Positions 17,534-26,702 of a stretch of 34,252 nucleotides of DNA are shown in pieces; within the stretch, counting starts at the first letter, position 1; each line of letters begins with the position of its first letter. This DNA is from Fidelibacterota bacterium. Lineage in GTDB: Bacteria; Fidelibacterota; UBA2242. The notes beneath the pieces are model-generated. The model had not been told where the DNA came from, did no database searches, and was given only the letters and a program-made list of their open reading frames with translations. Position numbers and translations under genes: made by a program. The stretch lies in assembly GCA_049975265.1 (NCBI GenBank), contig JBNGDF010000027.1, positions 1-34,252 of the forward strand, read 5' to 3'.

Positions 17534-19366
17534 ATGGAATTAAAAAAAGACCTGAAAGTGATTGAGGTGTTCAGTATTGCCACCGGTGCGATGATCAGCT
17601 CCGGGATTTTTATTTTGCCGGGAATCGCCTTCGCCAAAACCGGTCCTTCCCTCTTTCTATCTTACCTGTTTGCCGGAATACTGGCGCTCACCGGTGCCTT
17701 CAGCATCGCAGAACTCTCCTCGGCTATGCCCAAAGCGGGCGGGGATTACTTTTTCATCACCCGCAGTCTGGGGCCGGTATTCGGCACAGTTTCCGGACTT
17801 TTAAGTTGGTTTGCGCTTTCGCTGAAGACGGTGTTCGCCATTATCGGTATTTCAGAAATTCTGCATATTTTCTGGGGCTGGAATCTGCTGCTCTCGGCAT
17901 TTTTATTAACCACCGGTTTTCTGATCATTAATATTCTTGGAGTCAAGGAATCCGGCAAATTTAAGGTGGCGATAGTCGTGTTGCTGCTGGGGATCGTGCT
18001 GTTTTATCTTTTCCGGGGCTTGCCAGAGGTGGAGATCATAAAATTTCAGGACTTCGCCCCCGAGGGCGTTAACTCGATTTTTATGACCGCCGGATTTATA
18101 TTTGTAGCATACGGTGGTCTCTTAAAAATCGCCAGTATCGCCGAAGAGGTCGATTCCCCTAAAAAGACAATCCCCCTTGGTATGTTCTCATCGCTGTTTG
18201 TGGTTACGATTTTGTATACCCTCATCACAATCATCGTCGTGGGAACAGTTGTCCCCGAAACACTGCGCAATTCCATGACACCGATTGCCGATTCAGCCGG
18301 TGTCTTTCTCGGAAAACCGGGAATTATTCTGCTGACCATAGCGGCACTGCTGGCCTTTATCAGTACTGGCAATGCCGGCATTCTTGCCGCCTCACGCTAG
18401 CCTTTTGCCCTGAGTCGCGATAAACTACTGCCCGATTTCATCAGCCGGGTCAACAAACGCTCCGGAACACCGATTATCTCGATTATTATCACCGGTCTGT
18501 TAATCAGTCTCTCCTTCTTTCTGCAACTTGACATTCTGGTGAAAACCGCCTCGACGGTCGTGATTTTAACCTATATCCTGTCTCAGGCATCGATCATTAT
18601 TTTGCATGAAAGCAAACTGAGTAACTATAGACCCTCCTATCGCGCCCCTCTCTATCCCTGGCTGCCGATTATCAGCATTGTGCTCTTTCTATTCCTGATT
18701 TTCGATATGGGGCTGTCGGTAATTCTGATCAGCTGCGGTCTGGTGCTGTTCGGCGTCATCTTCCACCTTCTCTACGGACGGAAAAAATACAGTCAGGAAT
18801 ATGCGTTGCTTGATTTCATCGGTCGGATTCTGAATCGCAAATTTGTCTCCGATAATCTGAACAGCGAGCTGAAGCAGATATTATCCGAGCGGGACGATAT
18901 TGAATTCGACCGATTTGATCATCTGGTCAACGACGCTGTTTATCAGGACCTGGACGGCTGCCTGAACCGGACAGAGCTGTTTCAAAAGATTGCCGATTCC
19001 CTGTCGAAAAAAATGAATATACCGGCGGATAAGCTGTTGCAACTGCTGGAAAACCGGGAAGCCGAATCCAGTACCGCGATTACGGATTTTATCGCCGTGC
19101 CGCATATCATTGTGGAAGGGAAAAACCTGTTTGAAATGGCAATCATCCGCTGTAAAAAGGGTGTCCGTTTTTCAGATGAACATCCCGCCGTCAAGGCAAT
19201 TTTCGTGCTTGCCGGCTCAGCCGATGAACGCAATTTTCATCTGAAAGCCCTGTCCTCAATCGCTCAGATCAGCATGCGCTCCGATTTTCAAAAATCATGG
19301 ATGATGGCAGGCAACACCAACGAGCTGCGGGACCTTATCCACCTCGCCGAGCGGCATCGGCACTAA
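17534..19366 (+). pseudogene. APC-family amino acid permease fused to a C-terminal PTS EIIA (Ntr/Fru-type) domain, interrupted by an in-frame TAG at codon 289
   Basis: ORFs 17534-18400 and 18539-19366 are in the same frame. Read-through gives ...GILAASR*PFALSRDKLLPDFISRVNKRSGTP...LDILVKTAS..., a continuous 610-codon gene. APC motifs GAMISSGIF and AELSSAMPKAGG; EIIA motif RE..SSTAI...IAVPH. GGAG SD. Confidence 0.85.
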
Positions 19367-19373
19367 TAATACT

Positions 19374-19398
19374 CGTCACATCGCTTGACGGCGTGACG
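19374..19398. repeat. REP-like palindrome, copy 3 (single unit)
   Basis: The hairpin cgtcacatcgcttgacggcgtgacg matches unit B (gttacatcgcaggaacggcgtaac). It lies 7 nt after the permease stop, between convergent genes. Confidence 0.65.
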
Positions 19399-19486
19399 CC
19401 TGGAAGCGGCAGAACCTCAGCCCTCCCGCCTACCGCATAATTATCAGAGAAGATTATCCTGCCTGAAATTTTATCTGCGAGTCCTC

Positions 19487-20515
19487 TTACCGTCCCATGC
19501 TCTTGCCGGCGGACTTCAGGTCGTTGCACGCCTGCACCACCCGGTCCGCCATACCCTGGCGCCCGGCTCGCAACCAGGCACGCGGGTCGTAGAGCTTCTT
19601 GACACCCACTTCCCCTTCGACCTTCAGGACTTTATCATAATTGGTAAACATGTGATGCACCACCGGTCGGGTGAAAGCATATTGGGTATCGGTATCGATA
19701 TTCATCTTGACGACCCCATATTTCAACGTCTCGTGAATTTCCTCCAGGGTCGAACCCGAACCGCCGTGAAATACTAGGAAAAAGCGGGCAGCTTTGCCGT
19801 ATTTTTTCATCACCGCATCCTGACCGTCACGCAAAATAGTCGGTTTGAGAACCACATTACCCGGTTTATAGACACCATGGACATTACCGAAAGTCGCCGC
19901 AAACATATATTTTGCGCCTTTGATCTGATGCAGGGCTTCGTACACCTCCAGCATATCCTCCGGTGTGGTATAGAGTTTTTCCTTCCCGACTCCTTCGGCA
20001 TTGACACCATCCTCTTCGCCACCGACGACCCCGGCTTCCACCTCCAGAATGATCTCATTCTCGGCACAGAGTTTCAGCAACCCCACCGCATGTTTCATAT
20101 TCTCTTTCAGCGGAACGGCGCTGCCGTCATACATGTGGCTGTTGTACAGATTCGGCAGTCCGGCTTTGCGGCGACGGGCAGTTTCGGCAATCAGCGGCTT
20201 TAAGAAGGAATCGATTTTATCGGTCTGGCAGTGATCGGTATGCAAAGCGATATTTATATCGTATTTTTCTGCGATATAGTGGGCTTGTTCCGCCAGTATG
20301 ATCGCACCGAGAACAGAATCTTTTACATTCCCCGTGGCGTGCGCGCCTCCGCCGGTGGAGACCTGAACAATTCCATCACTGTTGGCGGCGGCAAACCCTT
20401 CGATGGCTGCGTTCAACGTATCGGTTGTGGTAATATTAATTGCGGGATACGCAAATTCCTCCTTGTGGGCTTTTTCCAGCATTGCCACATATTTTGCATG
20501 ATTAACTACCGGCAT
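19487..20515 (-). CDS. fbaA: Class II fructose-bisphosphate aldolase
   Basis: FAYPAIN, LHTDHC, SHMYDGS, EVEAGVVGGEEDG, FGNVHGVYKPG, VFHGGSGS, KMNIDTDTQ, YDPR. SD AAAGGAG before ATG 20515. Confidence 0.97.
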   Translation of the reverse strand: MPVVNHAKYVAMLEKAHKEEFAYPAINITTTDTLNAAIEGFAAANSDGIVQVSTGGGAHATGNVKDSVLGAIILAEQAHYIAEKYDINIALHTDHCQTDKIDSFLKPLIAETARRRKAGLPNLYNSHMYDGSAVPLKENMKHAVGLLKLCAENEIILEVEAGVVGGEEDGVNAEGVGKEKLYTTPEDMLEVYEALHQIKGAKYMFAATFGNVHGVYKPGNVVLKPTILRDGQDAVMKKYGKAARFFLVFHGGSGSTLEEIHETLKYGVVKMNIDTDTQYAFTRPVVHHMFTNYDKVLKVEGEVGVKKLYDPRAWLRAGRQGMADRVVQACNDLKSAGKSMGR

Positions 20516-20616
20516 ATTCAACTCCTTTCTGTGAATTTTATCAAATCAAAACTGAGCTTAATATAAATTTCTTTGCAAAACAATGAAAGAAATTATCCAC
20601 CGCCAATTGGATAAAT

Positions 20617-20645
20617 TTGCGGTTTATTTATCCAGACTTTATATT
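20617..20645 (+). promoter_or_regulatory. Putative sigma70 promoter of the YbaK-family gene
   Basis: TTGCGG-N17-TATATT, followed by SD GGGAGG and ATG 20674. Confidence 0.45.
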
Positions 20646-20673
20646 GATTATCAAAAGATAAAGGGAGGTTAAT

Positions 20674-21141
20674 ATGCCGCAACAGAAACGTATCCTGTCA
20701 TATTTGAAGGAAAACGGTGTGCCGTTTACTCTGTCACATCATCCGAAAGCCTATACCGCCCAGCGAATCGCCGCCACAGCCCATATTCCGGGACAAATCC
20801 TCGCCAAGACGGTGGTCGTGAAAATTGATGGAAAACTGGCACTGGCAGTGCTGCCCGCCAATGACCGGATTGCTTTCGAGGAATTTGCCCGTCAACTCCA
20901 CGTCGGCAAGGTCGAACTTGCCAGTGAAGCGGAATTCCGCCAGGCTTTCCCCGATTGTGAAACCGGCGCCATGCCCCCTTTCGGGAATTTATACGATATG
21001 GATACCTATCTGGCTTCCGATCTGGCTGCCAACCAGGAAATCGCCTTCAATGCCTGTAACCATGTGGATATTATTACTATGAAATTTGAGGATTACAACC
21101 GTCTGGTCAATCCGGTGATAGTCCACTTTGAAATGAAGTGA
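20674..21141 (+). CDS. YbaK/EbsC (ProX-like) aminoacyl-tRNA editing domain protein
   Basis: LAKTVVV, LASEAE, CETGAMPPFG, IAFNA; 155 aa. Confidence 0.9.
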   Translation: MPQQKRILSYLKENGVPFTLSHHPKAYTAQRIAATAHIPGQILAKTVVVKIDGKLALAVLPANDRIAFEEFARQLHVGKVELASEAEFRQAFPDCETGAMPPFGNLYDMDTYLASDLAANQEIAFNACNHVDIITMKFEDYNRLVNPVIVHFEMK

Positions 21142-21150
21142 GCTCTTGTT

Positions 21151-22212
21151 TTACAGCCACTTTTTCCGTTTGAAATAGAGCCCCATTCCCAGACCGACAA
21201 GCAGCATTACCAACAACGCCACCGGGTAACCGGCTTTCCAATCCAGCTCCGGCATATATTGAAAATTCATCCCGTAGACCCCGGCGATAAAGGTCAGCGG
21301 TATGAAGATCGTCGCAATGATGGTCAAGACCTTCATCACTTCATTCATACGGTTGCTTACCGTAGAGAGATAGATATCCAGCATGCCGGTGACGATATCC
21401 CGCAAATTTTCAACGGTATCCATGATCTGAATCGTGTGATCATAGACATCCCGGAAGAAAAGCCTGGTTTCGTCCCTGACCAAATCCGATTCCAGACGAT
21501 CAATCTGACCCAAAACCTCCCGCAACGGCCAGACCGTTTTGCGCATGAAAATCAACTGCCGCTTCAGGTTATGAATGCGCTGCAGCACCGAGGAATCGGC
21601 GTCTTTGAGCAGATTATCTTCCAACTGTTCTGTTGTCTCGGCGATATATTCCAGAACATTAAAGTAATTGTCCACGATCGCATCCAGCAGAGCATAAAAG
21701 AGATAATCGGAATGTTCACGCCGGATACGCCCCCTGTTTTTCCTCAGGCGCTCCCGGATCGTATCAAAGACATCGCCCTCCTTCTCCTGAAACGTGAGCA
21801 GATAATTCTTACCAATAACAAAAGAGATTTGCTCACTATTCAGCTCCTCCTGACTCGGTTCATATGTCAGTATTTTGGCAATGGAGTAACAGGACTGTCC
21901 GTACTCTTCAAATTTGGGACGGTTTTCGGTGTTGACAATATCCTCCAGAACCAGCGGGTGAATGTCAAAAATCTTCCCGATTTTCCGGATGATTTCCATG
22001 TTGTTCAAGCCGTTGATATTGATCCAGCTGACCGTATCATCAGCCAGACAGGTCTCTAATTCAGCGGGATTTTGAATCACTTTTTCCGTCACTGATTCGG
22101 CATTGTAATCAAACAGCGTCAGGGTGGTTGGAACATCCTGATTATCGCCGATATAGACCAGGGTACCCGGTGGCAGTCCCGGCTTTTTGTTGCGCCTGCG
22201 TATAATTTTCAT
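21151..22212 (-). CDS. corA: Magnesium/cobalt transporter CorA
   Basis: KPGLPPGTLVYIG, IHPLVLEDI, NEVMKVLT, AGVYGMNF..MPEL, terminal KKWL. Confidence 0.97.
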   Translation of the reverse strand: MKIIRRRNKKPGLPPGTLVYIGDNQDVPTTLTLFDYNAESVTEKVIQNPAELETCLADDTVSWININGLNNMEIIRKIGKIFDIHPLVLEDIVNTENRPKFEEYGQSCYSIAKILTYEPSQEELNSEQISFVIGKNYLLTFQEKEGDVFDTIRERLRKNRGRIRREHSDYLFYALLDAIVDNYFNVLEYIAETTEQLEDNLLKDADSSVLQRIHNLKRQLIFMRKTVWPLREVLGQIDRLESDLVRDETRLFFRDVYDHTIQIMDTVENLRDIVTGMLDIYLSTVSNRMNEVMKVLTIIATIFIPLTFIAGVYGMNFQYMPELDWKAGYPVALLVMLLVGLGMGLYFKRKKWL

Positions 22213-22218
22213 AATACA

Positions 22219-23070
22219 TTACCCTTTCTGCTCTTGAAAAATATCCCTGAATCGTTTAAAAAGCGACGCTTCGTGGGTCTCTTTCGAAACTTCAGCAGTA
22301 CTGTCATCCGGTTTGCCCGATTCCTTTATCACCTTATGAGTATACTTTTCCATCTCCTCTTTAGTGACCAGCAGACAGACACAATTTGAAATCTCATTTT
22401 TGTAATTCACAATCGGATAGATGACGAGGTTGACCGGAATCGGCTCCTCAAAGGAGTCCAGTGAAAGCGGGCTCTGCAGCGCCACATACTTGGATTTTCG
22501 CAGCTCCTGCAAAACCGGGGTGAAGGAAAATTCATCGAACACATTTTCCGCATACTGATTGAGCAGCTCCTTCTCGCTGACATCCATCTGCTCCACCAGA
22601 TGCTGACTGACTTTAGTGATCATCCCCTGGGCATCGAGAACAAAAACAGGCAGGTCAATTTTATCAAGTAATAAATTAAGCATATTCGATAAACTACTGA
22701 TTTTCAGCGTCTTCATCTCGTTTAGTTCATTCAGTTTTCGATGAATCTCGATAATTTTTTCGCCCAGTTTCCCCAGCTTTTTCAGCTGCAGTCCGCTGGA
22801 GTATTTCCCCTGGCGGGAGAGCTCGATGATCTTATTCAGTTCGCGGTACACATTCCGGCTTTTCAGCAGCGCAGCGATAAAAATTGCCGACAGAACAATC
22901 AGCAGAACGGCAACCAGGTAGAGGAAATTTTCCGCAAAATACTTCAGCGTCAGTGAACCATCGGTGTTGAATTTTATAAATAATAGATAGCCGTACACAC
23001 CGATAAAAGCAATCGCCAGAAACGCAAAAAGGTAGAGCAGAAAAATGCGCAGTTTTGTAATCAGAAACAT
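22219..23070 (-). CDS. Hypothetical membrane protein: 2 TM helices, HAMP/coiled-coil-like linker, PAS-like domain
   Basis: Two N-terminal hydrophobic helices. LLDKIDLPVFVLDAQGMITKVS...ELLNQYAENVF...IYPIVNYKNEISNCVCLL resembles a PAS fold. TGATG overlap with ktrA. Confidence 0.75.
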   Translation of the reverse strand: MFLITKLRIFLLYLFAFLAIAFIGVYGYLLFIKFNTDGSLTLKYFAENFLYLVAVLLIVLSAIFIAALLKSRNVYRELNKIIELSRQGKYSSGLQLKKLGKLGEKIIEIHRKLNELNEMKTLKISSLSNMLNLLLDKIDLPVFVLDAQGMITKVSQHLVEQMDVSEKELLNQYAENVFDEFSFTPVLQELRKSKYVALQSPLSLDSFEEPIPVNLVIYPIVNYKNEISNCVCLLVTKEEMEKYTHKVIKESGKPDDSTAEVSKETHEASLFKRFRDIFQEQKG

Positions 23071-23762
23071 CAGATTTCCTTCAGTTTATCAATATCTTTC
23101 TCCCGTCCCACCACCACCAGAATATCATCCTTTTGGATGACGGTTGACGGTGCCGGGAAATCGATGATATCTTCGACGACGGGATTACCCATATCATCAA
23201 TCTTGGTGCTGTGATGTTTAATGGAAATGATGTTGATATTCAGCTTTTTTCGCAAATCCAGCTGCACTATGGATTTACCAACCATACTCTTTGAAGCCAT
23301 CACTTCCGCCAGCATCTGATTTTGACCGATGTAGACTTTATCAATGATGTCCGGTGAAATCAGTTTGCCGGCAACCCGTTTCCCCTCTTCGATTTCGATA
23401 TTAATCACCTCGGTTGCACCCACCTGTTTCAACACCTGGGCATGAATATCCGAAACCGCCCGTGAAATAATATAGGGAACACCCAGATTTTTCAAAACGG
23501 CGGTTGTCAGGATACTGGATTCTATATTTTCGCCGATCCCTACCACCGCCACATCAATATCCTCAATCGGAGCATTTTTCAGGGACTCCTCATCGGTGCT
23601 GTCGATCAGGACGGCTTGGGTGACCGAATTTTTAACCTTTTCAATCAGCTCCGTCTGATAGTCCACGGCGATGACTTTGCCCCCCTTTTCGGAAATGACG
23701 CGGCACACCTCGAGACCAAAGGTTCCCAGCCCAAATATTCCAAATACTTTCTCTTTGGTCAT
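23070..23762 (-). CDS. ktrA: KtrA/TrkA-family potassium uptake regulatory (RCK) subunit
   Basis: GIFGLGTFG Rossmann motif, IAVD, VVGIGEN, LKQVGA, RCK_C tail. SD AGGAGG. Confidence 0.92.
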   Translation of the reverse strand: MTKEKVFGIFGLGTFGLEVCRVISEKGGKVIAVDYQTELIEKVKNSVTQAVLIDSTDEESLKNAPIEDIDVAVVGIGENIESSILTTAVLKNLGVPYIISRAVSDIHAQVLKQVGATEVINIEIEEGKRVAGKLISPDIIDKVYIGQNQMLAEVMASKSMVGKSIVQLDLRKKLNINIISIKHHSTKIDDMGNPVVEDIIDFPAPSTVIQKDDILVVVGREKDIDKLKEI

Positions 23763-23783
23763 CTATTCCTCCTATCTTCCCTG

Positions 23784-25544
23784 TTACCCGATTAATATAT
23801 TTCCAGCCGGATATTTTATCCGGATCTGATCCGGCTTCTGCGACATGGCAATGATCAGTGTCATCGGTCCCAGGCGACCGATAAACATCAGCACAATAAT
23901 CGTTATTTTACTGAAACCACACAGGCTGCCGGTTATTCCCGTCGACAAGCCCACCGTTCCAAAGGCGGATACCGTCTCGAACAGAATCTGCTCAAGCGGA
24001 AATTGCTCGAGCAGACTGAGAATAAGAGTTCCGCTGAAAACGGCACAACCGGCGAGCAGAATAATCAGAAACGACTCATTGATGATCCGCTTTGATAAAA
24101 AGTTGTTCAATAGTGTCGTCTCTTTTCGGTTGTAAAAAACTGATTTCAAATAAGCAAAGATCACTCCCACGGTATTCACTTTGACGCCACCTGCCGTCGA
24201 ACCCGATGCACCACCGATGAACATAAACAGGCACATCAGCAGCAGAGTCGGAATCCGCAAGGCAGCCATATTGATCGTATTAAAACCCGCGGTACGGAGG
24301 GTCACCGACTGGAAAAAGGCTGCCATATATTGAGTCTTCAGATCGTGATGGACGAGATTCCCGCGATGCTCCAGACCGTAAACCAGCAACATGCCGCTGA
24401 AAATCAGGATCACCGTCATTATCAGGACCACCTTTGTGTTGAGTGTCAATTGCGACTTGCGAATCCGGCGACTCAAAATACTCGTCTCCAGATTGGTTTT
24501 GAATTTTTCAACCAGATTGAATATTACTGAAAAACTGATGCCTCCGATAATAATCAAGCCGGCAATGGTGAAATTCATTCCGGGATCACTTTTGAAATGC
24601 TCCAAACTGTCGGTAAACAGAGCAAAACCGGCGTTACAGAACGCCGAAACGGCGTGAAACAGTGCATAAAATGCCGCCTTGAGCGAATCGCCGTACAGAT
24701 TGTTGAAATTTCCATACAGAATCAATGCACCGGTCAATTCAATTCCAAAGGTGATGAAGATGATTTTCATGATGGACGTGGAAATCTTCTCCATATCCTG
24801 CTCATTCAGCAGATAGGACAGCGCCAATTTCTCCTCGATGGATATGCGTTTCCCGATGACAAAGGCGCCGAAATAGGACAGGATCATGATTCCCAGTCCG
24901 CCGATCTGGATGAGGATCATGATCACAATTTTTCCGAACAGCGAAAATTTGGTCGCCGTATCCACCACAATCAGACCGGTCACACAGACCGCCGATGTCG
25001 CCGTAAAGAGAGAGTTGATAAAACCAAGGCGTGTATTGTCAGCGGTGGAAACGGACAGCATCAGAAAGATCGTGCCGACTAAAATGATAATAATAAAACT
25101 GAATGCAATCGTCTGCGCCGGGTGGCTCGAAATGGATTTGATATAGGCATTCAAACGTTTTACCCGCCCGAGTATTTTCAAAATATTGAAAGCGTTCCGC
25201 ACCAAAATAATGTTGGTGGACAATCGGCTGACGCCCCCTGCCCCCAGTATGTAACGCATATAACGCGTATAGATAAACAGCGCAACAATTACCATCAGCA
25301 GTAAAAGATCGAAGAGATTACCGCGGACATAGGCGAGTTTATTTTGCACCCGGTAAAGCCGTATCACCGTCTCACTGACGAACAGAATGATGATTATATA
25401 ATCGAGAACATTAGTGATCCAGAAAACCGTGCGGGTCTGGTGGATTCCGTATTCCAGAAACAGCGAAAGGATACTCAGAAACAGTACCAGAACGACAATC
25501 TGGTCAATTAATTGGTGTTTATGATTTGCAGATGTTGTCGTCAT
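23784..25544 (-). CDS. ktrB: KtrB/TrkH-family potassium channel subunit with a ~140-aa N-terminal extra membrane domain
   Basis: Four pore motifs (SAVCVTGL, SAFCNAGF, TLRTAGF, SAFGTVGL), loop GGASGSTAGGVK, gate MFIGRLG. The core begins at about P142. Confidence 0.93.
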   Translation of the reverse strand: MTTTSANHKHQLIDQIVVLVLFLSILSLFLEYGIHQTRTVFWITNVLDYIIIILFVSETVIRLYRVQNKLAYVRGNLFDLLLLMVIVALFIYTRYMRYILGAGGVSRLSTNIILVRNAFNILKILGRVKRLNAYIKSISSHPAQTIAFSFIIIILVGTIFLMLSVSTADNTRLGFINSLFTATSAVCVTGLIVVDTATKFSLFGKIVIMILIQIGGLGIMILSYFGAFVIGKRISIEEKLALSYLLNEQDMEKISTSIMKIIFITFGIELTGALILYGNFNNLYGDSLKAAFYALFHAVSAFCNAGFALFTDSLEHFKSDPGMNFTIAGLIIIGGISFSVIFNLVEKFKTNLETSILSRRIRKSQLTLNTKVVLIMTVILIFSGMLLVYGLEHRGNLVHHDLKTQYMAAFFQSVTLRTAGFNTINMAALRIPTLLLMCLFMFIGGASGSTAGGVKVNTVGVIFAYLKSVFYNRKETTLLNNFLSKRIINESFLIILLAGCAVFSGTLILSLLEQFPLEQILFETVSAFGTVGLSTGITGSLCGFSKITIIVLMFIGRLGPMTLIIAMSQKPDQIRIKYPAGNILIG

Positions 25545-25619
25545 AAAAACAGAAAAGTGCCCAACCGGTACTGTATTCTTCCGCTATAGTAGGAACGGAT
25601 AGTACAGCATCCGACCGGA

Positions 25620-26702
25620 CTATTCCAATTTGTAGTTCTTCAAACCCCAGATGACCTCCGTCAGGGTTACCTTGATAATACCGGTCACCGGTACGGCAAA
25701 CAGCATTCCTACGGCGCCTGCCAGATTCCCACCGATGATCACAACAATGACCACGGTCAGGGGATGCATATCGACACTCTTGGAGACCACCATCGGCGAT
25801 ACAAACGAGTTATCGATTACCTGTACCAGGACAAAAGTAATAATGATCCAGAGCAGTACCACCCCCAGATTCGCCGGATTGCTGAGGATCGCCACCAGCA
25901 GCGCCGGTACCGCACCAACAATCGGACCCAGATAGGGAATCAGATTGGCGACTCCGGCGATCATCCCGATAAACACAAACTGGGGAACGGGATTATCAAA
26001 AACCTGGTTGATGATAAACAGCCCCAGGACCGATAAACATCCGACGATAAAGGCATCTGTCGCCTGCCCCTGAATGTATTTGCTGACCTGATGCCCCACT
26101 TTCTGCAACACGTTCAGAGACATCTCGAAATATTTATTCGGAATTTTCGCAATCAGGGCACGTTTGAACTGCCGAATATCTTTAATCAGAAAAAAGGTGA
26201 TAAACGGTACAATTGCGATAGACGCCATAAAACTACCGACACTCTTGAAAAATTCCGCCATTTTGCTCAGCAATTTCAGACCGATTTCGTTGAATTTGGA
26301 GGTTACATTGCGGGCTAATTCGGCATTATTAAAATTGACCGCAAAGAAGGTTTCGATCCGACGGTTTATATCGTTGATCACATTGGATTGCAGCTTCGAC
26401 GAAAGTGACTCTACAGCGCGGATAATGCCGGGAATGATTAAACTCACCGTGAAAGCGATAATCCCGACAATCAGCAACATGGTTATCAATATCGACACGC
26501 CCCGATGAACGCCGTGGCTTTCCAGAAAATCAACCACGGGATTCAATAACACCGCCAGCAGTAACGCAAAAACAAACATTACCAGCACCGATTTGACATA
26601 GGGAAAGACGACGATCACCACCGCAATGCCGAGAAGAATGGCAAATACCCGCCAGAACATCTTTACGATATGGCTGTAGAGCTGAAAAGCGTAATCATCC
26701 AT
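25620..26702 (-). CDS. AI-2E (PerM/UPF0118) family transporter
   Basis: LAVLLNPVVDFLE, FITFFLIKD, YIQGQ, NLIPYLGP, QVIDNSFVSP..VSKSVDMHP, GMLFAVPV. Confidence 0.92.
   Translation of the reverse strand: MDDYAFQLYSHIVKMFWRVFAILLGIAVVIVVFPYVKSVLVMFVFALLLAVLLNPVVDFLESHGVHRGVSILITMLLIVGIIAFTVSLIIPGIIRAVESLSSKLQSNVINDINRRIETFFAVNFNNAELARNVTSKFNEIGLKLLSKMAEFFKSVGSFMASIAIVPFITFFLIKDIRQFKRALIAKIPNKYFEMSLNVLQKVGHQVSKYIQGQATDAFIVGCLSVLGLFIINQVFDNPVPQFVFIGMIAGVANLIPYLGPIVGAVPALLVAILSNPANLGVVLLWIIITFVLVQVIDNSFVSPMVVSKSVDMHPLTVVIVVIIGGNLAGAVGMLFAVPVTGIIKVTLTEVIWGLKNYKLE

Noticed and set aside
18398..18400. Genome-wide TAG reassignment or pyrrolysine
   Set aside because: TAG ends several genes at their expected C-termini (e.g. 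rsmA, AI-2E transporter), there are no pyl genes in the window, and the position appears to correspond to Tyr.
20522..20673. Replication origin
   Set aside because: Only three imperfect DnaA-like boxes in 150 bp, and no dnaA, dnaN or gidA context.
25545..25619. c-di-AMP (ydaO) riboswitch upstream of ktrB
   Set aside because: The 75-nt spacer is too short and lacks recognisable ydaO consensus segments.
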